The position numbers and the translations under genes are program-made. A stretch of 63,899 nucleotides of DNA from positions 1-63,899 of the IMG/VR virus record IMGVR_UViG_3300009506_000024. One strand, given 5' to 3'. Of this stretch, positions 45,902-55,225 are shown one piece after another. How positions within the stretch are numbered: position 1 is the stretch's first letter; each line of letters starts with the position of its first letter. This stretch comes from a virus. Its lineage: Duplodnaviria > Caudoviricetes. The notes under the pieces are model-generated. The model made no database searches. It had not been told where the DNA came from and saw only the letters and a program-made list of their open reading frames with translations.

Positions 45902-46282
45902 ATGGCAGGCAACACGAAATTTATGGGCTTCACTCCCGACGGCAAGGTCCAGTTGGAACGTTGGGGAGGGAAGTCTACGGTCGCAGTGTCACCCGAGAGT
46001 CTTTCCGCTCTCAGAGTTGCGTGCTACAGCGAGCTCCCCAAAGGGCCGCAACAAAGGAGGAGGGATGACCTTGATGACTTCCACGTTGGTTATGACGAGC
46101 AAGTGGGCCGTGTCCGTGTGGATATGGATCCTGCGACCGCCGCGTACCTTGCAGACCGCCTCGAGTTCTTCAGAGACGACGAGGTGGTGGAGAAGATCGC
46201 TCCTTGGGCGAATGACCTAAGGGTAGCTGTTCAGGCTCATCATGACTACCACAACACTGACGGAGAACCGGGGATCGAATGA
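45902..46282 (+). CDS. Hypothetical protein
   Basis: Operon-coupled ORF. Confidence 0.6.
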   Translation: MAGNTKFMGFTPDGKVQLERWGGKSTVAVSPESLSALRVACYSELPKGPQQRRRDDLDDFHVGYDEQVGRVRVDMDPATAAYLADRLEFFRDDEVVEKIAPWANDLRVAVQAHHDYHNTDGEPGIE

Positions 46283-46821
46283 GAGATCTACTGTTGGACG
46301 TCGACGGTGTCTGCGCTGACTTCTCGGGAGCTCTGATCTCTGCAGTGGGGTCCGACCTCAAGGTCGAGAATGTCACCCGCTGGGACATTCTGGGTCTGTT
46401 CACCATCGAACAGAGAGAGCTCGCCTACGACTACTTGGCCGACCCTGAGTTTTGGAGAAGCCTTCCAGTCATAGAGGGGGCAGAGGAAGGAGTTCCTGTC
46501 CTCGAGGTGACGCACAACATTTTGTGGGTCACTTCTCCCTGGGCGAGCTGTGAGGGATGGGAAGACGCTCGACGTGCTTGGTTGAACGAGCACTTCAACA
46601 TGGACGAGAAAGGGCAGCCGTACCACCCCAGATCGGACAAGGAGAACATCGCCGGCGACGCGATGATCGATGACAAGCCGAGCAATGTCGAGAAGTGGGC
46701 AGCGGCTCACCCGAAGGGAAAGGCGTACTTGTTCGACGCGCCCTACAACCGTGACTTCGATTGGCCCCGCATCACATGGGACCGAATCCTGAAGACACGT
46801 AGCCTTTGGGGTGCGCTATGA
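46279..46821 (+). CDS. HAD-family 5'(3')-deoxyribonucleotidase
   Basis: LLDVDGVCADF, VTSP and MIDDKPSN motifs. Confidence 0.88.
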   Translation: MRDLLLDVDGVCADFSGALISAVGSDLKVENVTRWDILGLFTIEQRELAYDYLADPEFWRSLPVIEGAEEGVPVLEVTHNILWVTSPWASCEGWEDARRAWLNEHFNMDEKGQPYHPRSDKENIAGDAMIDDKPSNVEKWAAAHPKGKAYLFDAPYNRDFDWPRITWDRILKTRSLWGAL

Positions 46822-47273
46822 ATCCGCTCAACCTCCCCTTCGGCAGGAAGCCCAGGAAGGAGCCTCAGGAGAAGGTTCCCAACTTCTTGGGAGTGAAGAC
46901 GGAGGCAGTCAGAGACGATGCTGGCGCTGAGAAGTTCATCATCATTTCGGTAGGAGGACTCAAAGGCATCCCCGCCGGAGAGTTCAAACTGGCCTGGGTA
47001 GAGGGGCAGTCGTTGGGCGTCTACCTATCCAGGATCAAGATGAAGCGCGCGGCCATCTATGCGGCCGTGAGGAACCCCGACAGACTCGAGCTCGGTCGAT
47101 TGAGGATGACGTACATCCCTGAAGAGGGAGATCGCATCACCATCGGCAACGCTCAAGTCAGCTCGGCACTGACCTTTCAGAGGTCAAACCACAACGCGGA
47201 AGCCGTCGCCCGACGCATGGGTGGGGGCGCACGCATCGTAGAAGCGCCCCTTGTTGGGCGTAGAAAGAAATAG
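46818..47273 (+). CDS. Hypothetical protein
   Basis: ATGA coupling at 46818. Confidence 0.6.
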   Translation: MNPLNLPFGRKPRKEPQEKVPNFLGVKTEAVRDDAGAEKFIIISVGGLKGIPAGEFKLAWVEGQSLGVYLSRIKMKRAAIYAAVRNPDRLELGRLRMTYIPEEGDRITIGNAQVSSALTFQRSNHNAEAVARRMGGGARIVEAPLVGRRKK

Positions 47274-47287
47274 CACCGGAGGAAAGG

Positions 47288-47953
47288 ATGAAGACTGGAC
47301 CAGTCGCATGGGTTGAAGGAATCATTGGCGCAGGAAAGAGCACATTGGCGGAGATCCTCTCCAAGGAGTTGGGCCTTCGAAGGTTCCTCGAGCCCGTAGA
47401 CAGCAACCCGTACTTGGCAGATTTCTACAAAGACCCCAAACGCTGGGCGTTCCCGATGCAGATCGAGCTGATGAGTCATCGGTACGCCATGCAGAAGGAG
47501 GCGGCCTACGGAGCGGCCCGAGGGTTCGGCGCGGTGCTGGATCGAGGAATGCCCGGTGACCGTGTGTTCTGCAAGCTGCACATGCTCGCCGGCAACATGG
47601 ATGAGCGAGAGTGGGACACCTACGAGCGGCTGTACGAAGTGATGGCCTGCTCGCTGACGGTGCCCTCCATCCTCATCTTCCTGGACGTAGATCCAGAGGT
47701 TGCACTCGAGCGAGTGAAGACGCGCGCCCGTGGGGCCGAGGTGGGAATCGACTTGAAGTACCTGAACGACTTGCGCAAGGGGTATCTCGACCTCATGTGC
47801 GAGATCGAAAGTGGAGCTCACCCATGGAGCAAGGGAATGGAAGTGATGCGGCTCGCTTGGAACTCGGACCACCTACCGACCGGTCCTCTGATCGAGGAGC
47901 TGGCTCACAGGTTCCGGATCCAGCGACCCGTGAACGACAACTCGCCTTCGTGA
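47288..47953 (+). CDS. Deoxynucleoside kinase
   Basis: VEGIIGAGKST, EPV, FY.DPKRWAF.MQ, LDR and RAR..E motifs. Confidence 0.92.
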   Translation: MKTGPVAWVEGIIGAGKSTLAEILSKELGLRRFLEPVDSNPYLADFYKDPKRWAFPMQIELMSHRYAMQKEAAYGAARGFGAVLDRGMPGDRVFCKLHMLAGNMDEREWDTYERLYEVMACSLTVPSILIFLDVDPEVALERVKTRARGAEVGIDLKYLNDLRKGYLDLMCEIESGAHPWSKGMEVMRLAWNSDHLPTGPLIEELAHRFRIQRPVNDNSPS

Positions 47954-48147
47954 AGCAGCACGTTCTGGCGAAGCTCAAGAGAGTCGTCGAGGGACTCGAG
48001 TCTGGGTCTCTCGACGTTGAGATGTACCACGACCACAACGAAACAGGGCACTCAGAGATGAACGTCATCCTCATGGGGGACTTCCTCTGCGCCTACCATC
48101 GTGTGCATCTCGTAGCGACGGAAGATTGGCCTACCCACCTTGGGTAG
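47950..48147 (+). CDS. Hypothetical protein
   Basis: GTGA coupling; 3' part of track ORF 47611..48147. Confidence 0.45.
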   Translation: MKQHVLAKLKRVVEGLESGSLDVEMYHDHNETGHSEMNVILMGDFLCAYHRVHLVATEDWPTHLG

Positions 48148-48217
48148 CGCAAGAACGGTCAATCCCTCGTCATAAGTACCCTAGTAGTACTCCCTAACAT
48201 TTCACTGGAGGATTGTG

Positions 48218-49402
48218 ATGGCACTGATTCATCATGACGGCCGGGACTATCGTGTCGCGGCAGAGGCAGCGGGCCTGTGGGCCCGAGACAAGATTGAGGG
48301 CCAGATCCGTGCTGGCCGAGAAAATGGAATGGAGACCATTCGGCAGGTGTTGAACACCGTGCCGCAAGACTTCATCCCCTACCACGACGAGATGACCTTC
48401 AAGGCTGAGGACAAACACCTCGTTTTGTCGTTCCCGGTCAAGGTGGACGGGAAGGTCGAGCAGAAGACGGTGCCCATGCACCGGAACGCCGTTGGCCAGA
48501 TGGTGGACCCCATCAACTACGGGAGGACCATCAAGCTGCCCAGCCCGGCCAAGATGACCGACTTCGTGATGGACGAGCCAGAGGTCCTCGAGGACTGGGC
48601 AGGGATGCTCAACAAGCTCTACCGGAAGACTCTCAAGAGGGACCGTAGGTCTCTTGTGCGCGTCGTCAACGACCGGGCCATGAGCATTCTGAGTCCGAAG
48701 TACCGACGCCTCAACTCCGGGAGGCTGGTGGAGGCCTTCGTGGCGGCCATCCGTCAGTACGACGCCCACATCGTCACCGGTCGGGCGTTCGATACGTTCT
48801 TCTACTTGAAGGCGCTCCAGCGCGTCATCTACGAGCCCCTGAAGGGGGAGGTCATGGCCTTCGGCGTCGAGTTCCGGCACGGGGACCATGGCAGCTCCAA
48901 GCTGTGGCTGCGGGGCTTCGCAGAGAGGCTGCGCTGCACCAACCTGATGATGACCGACACCTGCTTCTCTGAGGTCCACCTCGGGGCGCCGCTGCCGGAC
49001 CACATCGAGTTCAGCGACAAGACGATGCAGTTGGACACCGAGGCCCGAGCTTCGGCCATGACCGACGTCATCAAGAGCGTGTTCGAGCCCGAGTACGTCA
49101 ACGCCAAGATGGCTCGGATCGAGCAGGCCTCCAAGGAGAACGTGGATGGTGACGCCATCCTCGCTGGCCTGGTAGAGAGGAAGCGCATCACCAAGGGTGA
49201 GGCAGAGGAGACCAAGAAGAAGTTCCGCAGCGCAGACACCGAGCTCTTGCCGGCTGGTGACAGTGCCCTGCGACTGGCGAATGCGCTCTCGTTGCTGGCT
49301 CAGGAAGTGGAGCCGGAACGCGGGCTCGAGCTCGAGGCCCTGTCGGGTCAGGTCATCGGTCTCGATTCGAATGAAGAGGCAGACCCGAAGAAGCTCAACT
49401 AG
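48218..49402 (+). CDS. DUF932/DUF945-like protein
   Basis: SPKYRRL.S, GVEF..GDHG.S and RLRCTNL motifs; GGAGG RBS. Confidence 0.7.
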   Translation: MALIHHDGRDYRVAAEAAGLWARDKIEGQIRAGRENGMETIRQVLNTVPQDFIPYHDEMTFKAEDKHLVLSFPVKVDGKVEQKTVPMHRNAVGQMVDPINYGRTIKLPSPAKMTDFVMDEPEVLEDWAGMLNKLYRKTLKRDRRSLVRVVNDRAMSILSPKYRRLNSGRLVEAFVAAIRQYDAHIVTGRAFDTFFYLKALQRVIYEPLKGEVMAFGVEFRHGDHGSSKLWLRGFAERLRCTNLMMTDTCFSEVHLGAPLPDHIEFSDKTMQLDTEARASAMTDVIKSVFEPEYVNAKMARIEQASKENVDGDAILAGLVERKRITKGEAEETKKKFRSADTELLPAGDSALRLANALSLLAQEVEPERGLELEALSGQVIGLDSNEEADPKKLN

Positions 49403-49447
49403 CCGGCACGCCGTCGGCACACATGGCGTAAAGCCAGGAGGAAGAAA

Positions 49448-49642
49448 ATGGCGAAGAAGCAGGAAGTGAAAGAGGTCATCATCGTTGGGTCGAAGACCAA
49501 AGACATCGTGAAGAGTCTCGACTGCAACACGGCTGGGGACTTCATCGAAGCCCTGTCCGACCGGGCGCACGAGATGGTTCACGCCGCCGTCGAGCGTGCC
49601 AAGGCCAACGGGCGCAAGACCGTTCGGGCCACGGACCTCTAG
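49448..49642 (+). CDS. Prokaryotic (bacterial-type) histone, single histone fold
   Basis: IIVGSKTKDIVK..DCNTAGDFIEALS...AVERAKANGRKTVRATDL: RKTV..D histone L2 signature and short alpha3, matching recalled Bdellovibrio Bd0055 and Leptospira histones; AGGAGG RBS. Confidence 0.85.
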   Translation: MAKKQEVKEVIIVGSKTKDIVKSLDCNTAGDFIEALSDRAHEMVHAAVERAKANGRKTVRATDL

Positions 49643-49648
49643 TGGTTT

Positions 49649-49690
49649 GCCTGGGGGCGCACGCATTGTGCGCTCCCAGGCGTAACCTTT
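49649..49690 (+). terminator. Terminator after histone gene
   Basis: GCCTGGGGGCGCAC-gcatt-GTGCGCTCCCAGGC hairpin. Confidence 0.6.
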
Positions 49691-49694
49691 AGCC

Positions 49695-50618
49695 ATGGCT
49701 TTCAGATGGATACATGTACTCCGTCGGTACGATGAAAACCGAGAGGGGTTCTTCTACCTCTTTCGATTCCCCTTCAATGAGGAGCTCAATGAAGAGCTCA
49801 AGACTCGAATCCAACCAAAGGGAGACCGGTTCTTCTATCCCAAGACAAAAGCGTGGCACATCGCAGAGAGGCACGTAGATCTTGCTGAGGAGATCATTCT
49901 GAAGCACACCGGTCTGCGAGTCTGCAGCACGTGTCGAAGAGGAGATTTCTGCAAAGCATGGTCCCACTTGGAAGACGAGGATCTCTGGGAACGAAAGGCC
50001 CCGCCCTGGGCTGACAGCGAGTGGGAGCACGTGACTGATGACTACGATTACTACGAGCACGTCAAACAGGAATGGGAGGATGATGGTACGAAGGACAACT
50101 TCTTCCACGGGAACTTCCGTCAGAAAAAGGAAGAAGAGCAGAAGAAGGAACATGGGGACGACTTTCGCGGGTATGGAACGCGCCATTGTGAGACGGAGAG
50201 TGAGCGCGCCAGCGCTCAAGAGAAGTACCAGCAGTGGGTGAACGAGCAGGCTGCGCGCCGAGCTCGGGAGCGGGCCCAGTATGGGCAGAGGCACTACGAC
50301 CGCAACGCTTACGCTGGTCAGGGTCAACAACGGAGCTGGAGACAGCAGGCCAAGCAGCCAAACTTTGACAGCTTGTTCGACGACCCAGAGGTCCCAACCG
50401 GAGATCAGAGATGGTACGATCCTGGAAAGAGAAGGGACTCAAGATGGGCAATGCGGGTGCTGGGACTGACAGAGCTGCCTGACAAGGCTACTTTGAAGTC
50501 GGTCTTCAGGAAGCTGGTTTTTCAGTACCACCCGGATCGTGGAGAGGAAGGAAGTCACGACAAGATGGCACTCATTAACGCCGCCCGAGACTACCTCGAC
50601 ATGTTCATTTCAGGATAG
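49695..50618 (+). CDS. C-terminal J-domain (DnaJ-like) protein
   Basis: VLGL..LKSVFRKLVFQYHPDRG..MALINAARDYL. Confidence 0.8.
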   Translation: MAFRWIHVLRRYDENREGFFYLFRFPFNEELNEELKTRIQPKGDRFFYPKTKAWHIAERHVDLAEEIILKHTGLRVCSTCRRGDFCKAWSHLEDEDLWERKAPPWADSEWEHVTDDYDYYEHVKQEWEDDGTKDNFFHGNFRQKKEEEQKKEHGDDFRGYGTRHCETESERASAQEKYQQWVNEQAARRARERAQYGQRHYDRNAYAGQGQQRSWRQQAKQPNFDSLFDDPEVPTGDQRWYDPGKRRDSRWAMRVLGLTELPDKATLKSVFRKLVFQYHPDRGEEGSHDKMALINAARDYLDMFISG

Positions 50619-50628
50619 AGTGAGCTCG

Positions 50629-50910
50629 ATGGACGAAATAGGACTCAAACATCTGATCCGAGTGATAGGGTTGTGTCAGACGCCCCACGACTCGTGGTCC
50701 GATGAAGACAACAGGGCACTCAGACGTGCACGTGAGTACGTCCAAGAGGCTAGAAAGGACATAAGTGAAAGCGAGTGTACGAAAACAGGTTCTGGAGATG
50801 CTGGAGAAGGCTCCCAAAAGCAAGACGATCAAACGTCTTCGGGAGGAGTTTCAACGGAAGGGCTTCCTCTCCAAGAGGGAGATCCGGGAGCTCTCGAACC
50901 TGATGGCTGA
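50629..50910 (+). CDS. Hypothetical protein
   Basis: ATG after the J-protein stop. A second small ORF (GTG 50765 to ~50929, AAAGGA RBS) overlaps it. Confidence 0.4.
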   Translation: MDEIGLKHLIRVIGLCQTPHDSWSDEDNRALRRAREYVQEARKDISESECTKTGSGDAGEGSQKQDDQTSSGGVSTEGLPLQEGDPGALEPDG

Positions 50911-50967
50911 CACCCAGGCCGCATAGTTGACTCCGGAGTGTTCCCTCCGGTGACTTCGGGGTCTCGA

Positions 50968-51004
50968 AGAGGCTCCTCTGGCATTGCTGGGGGAGCCTCT
51001 TTCT
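50968..51004 (+). terminator. Intrinsic terminator
   Basis: AGAGGCTCCTCTGGC-att-GCTGGGGGAGCCTCT followed by TTCT. Confidence 0.55.
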
Positions 51005-51089
51005 GTCAACCCCTTCATTGACTTGCAAACTTGAGCCAGCCGCGGTTAGTGTCGGCCTCTTGGCTCTCATCAACCTGCGAGAAGGAATC

Positions 51090-51671
51090 ATGCCCGGAAA
51101 CGTAGTTCATGTGCCTTCGGACGTTCACGAACGCGCGAAGGCGTTTTGTAAGAAGCACGATCTCCACATGTCGAAGTGGGTGAGCACGCTCATCCTCGAC
51201 GCACTGAAGAGAACGTCCCCGCCGATACCGGTGAAGGTGATCAAGGAGTCACCTACCCCTGTCCCGGTGGAGAGCAACAAACAACTTCCAGCCACCACCG
51301 GAGGATCGGATGGACACAGCCCCTGGGAACAACCCCCCTTCTGGGCAACCCCAGCAGAAGAAGAAGCGGCGAAGAAGAAGGCGGAAAAGGGCCGCCGACT
51401 CGCCGCAGCCGAGCGCGAATGGGAACGGGAAAACGGATTGGAAAGGCCTGGCGCTCGCCCTCCAGGAGAACGTCAAGCAGCTCGAGGAGAATCTGGCCCG
51501 ACAGAGGGAGAAGTACAACTCTCTGAAGAGCAGGTTCAAAGTGCTGGCGGACACGAGTCTGGACGAGAGGGCAGCGGTGAAGCTGCGAGTCTTCAACCAC
51601 CTTTGGGGCCAACTGATCAACTTCCAAGCGAAGTGCCCGGAGGACAAGAAGAGGATCGAAGAGCTGGTTGA
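51090..51671 (+). CDS. RHH-like DNA-binding protein with low-complexity tail
   Basis: AAGGA RBS; VHVPSDVHERAKAFCKKHDLHMSKWVSTLILDAL. Confidence 0.55.
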   Translation: MPGNVVHVPSDVHERAKAFCKKHDLHMSKWVSTLILDALKRTSPPIPVKVIKESPTPVPVESNKQLPATTGGSDGHSPWEQPPFWATPAEEEAAKKKAEKGRRLAAAEREWERENGLERPGARPPGERQAARGESGPTEGEVQLSEEQVQSAGGHESGREGSGEAASLQPPLGPTDQLPSEVPGGQEEDRRAG

Positions 51672-51729
51672 CCAGACGATGCCGGCGTTGAAGAACGCCG
51701 TGATCAGAGCTTCGAAGCCTATCGAGTGA
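51310..51729 (+). CDS. Arg-rich coiled-coil protein (overlapping frame)
   Basis: GGAGG RBS 5 nt before ATG; KKKRRRRRRKR followed by heptad repeats. Confidence 0.6.
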   Translation: MDTAPGNNPPSGQPQQKKKRRRRRRKRAADSPQPSANGNGKTDWKGLALALQENVKQLEENLARQREKYNSLKSRFKVLADTSLDERAAVKLRVFNHLWGQLINFQAKCPEDKKRIEELVDQTMPALKNAVIRASKPIE

Positions 51730-51837
51730 GGGCGCCAGGCTGGAGGTTGGCAAATCTCTGGCCCTGCGATGACCACCCTGAAGGGCAGCCTGGCACCCCA
51801 CTGTTTTTCTACATGACTGAATCACCGGAGGAAAGCG

Positions 51838-52539
51838 ATGTTCATTTCAGTCGAAGGCCCTGACTGCTGCGGCAAGGGCACCCAATCAAAGCTCCTGGCT
51901 GAGCGCTTGGGAGCGAAGCCATTCAAGTTCCCGGACCGAAACACCCCTATCGGGGCGCTCATCTACAGCCACCTGTTCGAAGAGTGGCATGCCAGGCCCC
52001 TGGACGAGAAGCTCTCGGGGAAGAGAGAGGAGATCAACGCTCTCATGTTTCAGTGCATGCAACTCGCCAATCGGCTCGAGCATGCACATGACATCTCCAC
52101 CACTCTTCTCGGGGGTCAAGATGTCGTGTCCGACAGGTACATCGCCAGCGGGATCGTCTATGGAGGGTCGGATGGCTTGGACCCTGAGTACATTTTGAGG
52201 ATTCAGCAGTACCTACCCCAGCCAGACCTCAACATCCTGCTGGACTTGGACGTCAGTGACATTCGGACCCGCATGGAAGGTAGAGGGGACACCCCCGACC
52301 GCTACGAGAACCTCGACAAGCTCGCTGACATCATCCAGCGGTACCGCATGCTCTGGAAAGAGATGGCCATTCGGGAAGGAGAAGGCCGATGGATCATGTT
52401 GGACGCAAGAAAGTCGATGGTGGAGACAGCGGCAAACATCATCGAGGTGGTGAAGCAGTGGCATGCGTACACCACGGGGACGGGGAGATGGCCGAGCGAT
52501 CAGCCGAACTTCTCCAACCCTCCGAGGTCGGCTGGGTGA
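51838..52539 (+). CDS. tmk: Thymidylate kinase
   Basis: FISVEGPDCCGKGTQ, FP, SDRY..SG.VYG and PQPDL motifs. Confidence 0.92.
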   Translation: MFISVEGPDCCGKGTQSKLLAERLGAKPFKFPDRNTPIGALIYSHLFEEWHARPLDEKLSGKREEINALMFQCMQLANRLEHAHDISTTLLGGQDVVSDRYIASGIVYGGSDGLDPEYILRIQQYLPQPDLNILLDLDVSDIRTRMEGRGDTPDRYENLDKLADIIQRYRMLWKEMAIREGEGRWIMLDARKSMVETAANIIEVVKQWHAYTTGTGRWPSDQPNFSNPPRSAG

Positions 52540-53159
52540 GCCGCTTGAACACGTGGGCGGGCGGGTTGACTGGTACAGTAGTCATCGTCAACCTGGTCGT
52601 CCTCATCTGGCACGTCCGGGCTATCGAGAGTCGCTTGGACGAAACCGCCGACAAGGTGGTCAGCATGCAAGACGGGGTTGATGGCCTCGTCCGCATGTAT
52701 CCGCAGAAGATCGATGAGGACATTCTCTACCTCAAGATCTTGGTTCGGAAGCCCACGGCTGACAAGTCCGTGGCCCGGAAAATCTCCTCTGTGGTGGCGA
52801 AGCACGCAAAAGGGTTCAACAGAGACCCCAACCTGGTGCTAGCTATCATTGAAGTGGAATCCAATTACCTCATCGAAGAGACGTCACCTGCTGGAGCCAT
52901 TGGCTTGATGCAGGTCATGCCTCAGTGGGTGGAGGTCTTCGGTATCCGGTGCAACCTCAAGGACCCGGATTGCAACGTGCAGTCTGGACTTCGCCTGCTC
53001 GAGTCCTACGAGCAGCTCTACGGCAACCTCAAGGTTGCTCTCACGGTCTACAATCGTGGGCCGAGCCCAGTAGATTGGGCTTTCATCAAGGGCCAAGATC
53101 CTGACAACGGCTATGCCGGCAAGATCTTGAAGGCCTACGAAGAAATTCAGTCCCTATGA
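52536..53159 (+). CDS. Membrane-anchored lytic transglycosylase (SLT)
   Basis: N-terminal TM helix; AIIEVES, GAIGLMQVMP and YNRGP motifs; GTGA coupling. Confidence 0.88.
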   Translation: MSRLNTWAGGLTGTVVIVNLVVLIWHVRAIESRLDETADKVVSMQDGVDGLVRMYPQKIDEDILYLKILVRKPTADKSVARKISSVVAKHAKGFNRDPNLVLAIIEVESNYLIEETSPAGAIGLMQVMPQWVEVFGIRCNLKDPDCNVQSGLRLLESYEQLYGNLKVALTVYNRGPSPVDWAFIKGQDPDNGYAGKILKAYEEIQSL

Positions 53160-53183
53160 AAATCGCGTCAAAAGAAGCCCTCC

Positions 53184-54833
53184 ATGTCGGAGGGACAAAG
53201 GCGTGTGGAGCATCAGATGTTCGTACCAAACAAGTACCAGGAGGCCGTATTCAACAACGTTGAATGCCAGAATGACAACATCGTGGTGGTGGCCAGAGCC
53301 GGCACAGGCAAGACCACTACCATCCTGCAGGCGGTAGACCTTTTGGACCCCGATGAGGACGGCACTATCCTCATCACCGCCTTCAACAAGGCCATCCAGA
53401 AGGAGCTCGATTCGAGAGCTCCTTCCCACGTGGATGTCCGCACTCTCCACAGCCTGGGATATGGCTGTCTCAAGAGAGTGGAGAACTTCCAGGTCGACTC
53501 TGACCGAACAAAGAGGCTCATCAGGAAGCTGATAGGAGGAGCAGGGTTCGCTCCCGGGAGGCAGTCCGCTCTCACGCGCCTGGTGGGGCTGGCGAAGAAT
53601 ACTCTCACCATGGATGCCCCAGGGCTGCAGGCGTTGGCCTACGCGCACGGCATCGATGAGCCAGAGAATCCTGCCAAGTTGCTTGCAGAGCTCACCTTGG
53701 TGATTTTGGAAGCGTGCAAGAAAGACCTGGCGTACATCGACTTCGACGACATGATTTGGCTTCCTGCCGTGATGGACCTGAAGCCAAAGTGCTACGACAA
53801 CGTCTTCGTCGACGAAGCCCAAGATTTGAATGCGTGCCAGCGCTGGATGATTGAGGGCACGCTCAGGAGGGGTGGAAGAATCATCGCGGTTGGGGATGAC
53901 CGCCAAGCCATCTACAAATGGAGGGGCGCCGGTGGTGACGTCCTGACTGACATCCAGAACCAATTCAACGCCACCAAGCTCCCTCTCTCCCTCACCTATC
54001 GGTGCCCCAAGAAGGTTGTGGCTCTTGCCAAGCGCATTGTGCCTGACTTCGAGCCATTGCCAGACGCCCCAGAAGGAGAGGTCATCTACAAGAGCATGGA
54101 CGACATCTCGGTCGAAGCCACCCCAGGGGACTTGGTGCTCTCCAGGGTCAACGGTCCGCTCCTGTCCATTTGCTTGAGTCTGATTGAGAACGACGTGCCA
54201 GCGAAGGTGAGGGGCAAAGACATCGGGAAATCCCTCTCCGCTCTCGCGCGGAAGTCAAAGACGACTCTCACCAGTGAGCTAGCGTCATGGCTGAAGTCGT
54301 ACCGAGCTCGGGAGAAAGAGCGCCTGCTGCCCGATCATGAGGACGCCTTCTCCATCCTGCAGGACAAGATCTACTGCTTGGAGATCCTCCTGAGAAAGCA
54401 CACCACCGTGAACGAGCTGTGCCAGAAGATCGAAGAGGTCTTCTCTGACACCGACTCTACGGGCTACGTCTTGTGCTCCACGGTCCACAAGGCAAAGGGC
54501 ATGGAGCGACCGAGGGTGTGGGTGCTGGCAGACACCTTCCGGTTGGGCAGCAATCGAGAGGAGGACAACATCTACTACGTCGCTATCACCAGGGCGCAGA
54601 AGGTGCTCGTCTTTGTTGGAGGTGGAGCTCCAATCAAGTCTTCTGGCCGAGAAGCAGTTTCGGACAAGCTCGACGTGCTTGAGCAAGAGGTCGAAGACGT
54701 CGAGCTCGAGGACGACTACTGGGATGAAGACGAGGAAGATGACGTCCTTTGCCTTCCTCCTCATGAGGAAGATGAAGACGAGGAAGACGAGGACTGGGGA
54801 GATGACGAAGACGATGAAGACCTCGACTGGTAA
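53184..54833 (+). CDS. UvrD/Rep-like SF1 helicase with acidic tail
   Basis: ARAGTGKTT, AFNK, TLHS, VDEAQD, VGD.RQAIY.WRGA, TYRCP, STVHKAKG.E and YVAITRA motifs. Confidence 0.93.
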   Translation: MSEGQRRVEHQMFVPNKYQEAVFNNVECQNDNIVVVARAGTGKTTTILQAVDLLDPDEDGTILITAFNKAIQKELDSRAPSHVDVRTLHSLGYGCLKRVENFQVDSDRTKRLIRKLIGGAGFAPGRQSALTRLVGLAKNTLTMDAPGLQALAYAHGIDEPENPAKLLAELTLVILEACKKDLAYIDFDDMIWLPAVMDLKPKCYDNVFVDEAQDLNACQRWMIEGTLRRGGRIIAVGDDRQAIYKWRGAGGDVLTDIQNQFNATKLPLSLTYRCPKKVVALAKRIVPDFEPLPDAPEGEVIYKSMDDISVEATPGDLVLSRVNGPLLSICLSLIENDVPAKVRGKDIGKSLSALARKSKTTLTSELASWLKSYRAREKERLLPDHEDAFSILQDKIYCLEILLRKHTTVNELCQKIEEVFSDTDSTGYVLCSTVHKAKGMERPRVWVLADTFRLGSNREEDNIYYVAITRAQKVLVFVGGGAPIKSSGREAVSDKLDVLEQEVEDVELEDDYWDEDEEDDVLCLPPHEEDEDEEDEDWGDDEDDEDLDW

Positions 54834-54850
54834 TCTATGGGAGGTGCCTG

Positions 54851-55225
54851 ATGTACGAGGCTGAAGCAAAAGAGGGGAGGGGCATTCCCCACCCCTGGAA
54901 ATGCAAAGAAGACGTCCCAGAGTCTATCTGGAACGGCTTCAAATGGTGCTACCCGCGCTACGACGACGAGCAGTACCTCAGGGTGCTCAACGACAAGTAC
55001 TACTGGTACTGGGTTCGGAGAGATGAGGAGCGTCGCGAGGAGAAAGCGGCCAAGCGGTTGGGAGGGGTTCCCCGAGCATCCTGCTTTGTCTGCGAGACGA
55101 AAATCAGCGAGGACCAGCTCGAGCGGGTTGGTCGTCTCTGCGCCCATCACGAGAACGAGCTCAGGCGTCAGGGGACTATGAAGGTCCACGGCATCGAGCT
55201 TCACTACACGGGAGACCATCAATGA
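54851..55225 (+). CDS. Hypothetical protein (Zn ligands)
   Basis: GGAGG RBS; CFVC..CAHH. Confidence 0.6.
   Translation: MYEAEAKEGRGIPHPWKCKEDVPESIWNGFKWCYPRYDDEQYLRVLNDKYYWYWVRRDEERREEKAAKRLGGVPRASCFVCETKISEDQLERVGRLCAHHENELRRQGTMKVHGIELHYTGDHQ

Noticed and set aside
3030-49696. Many long antisense ORFs (e.g. 3030..4118, 29761..30990, 38978..40585, 48194..49696)
   Set aside because: They are shadows of strongly GC3-biased plus-strand genes and have no motifs or RBS.
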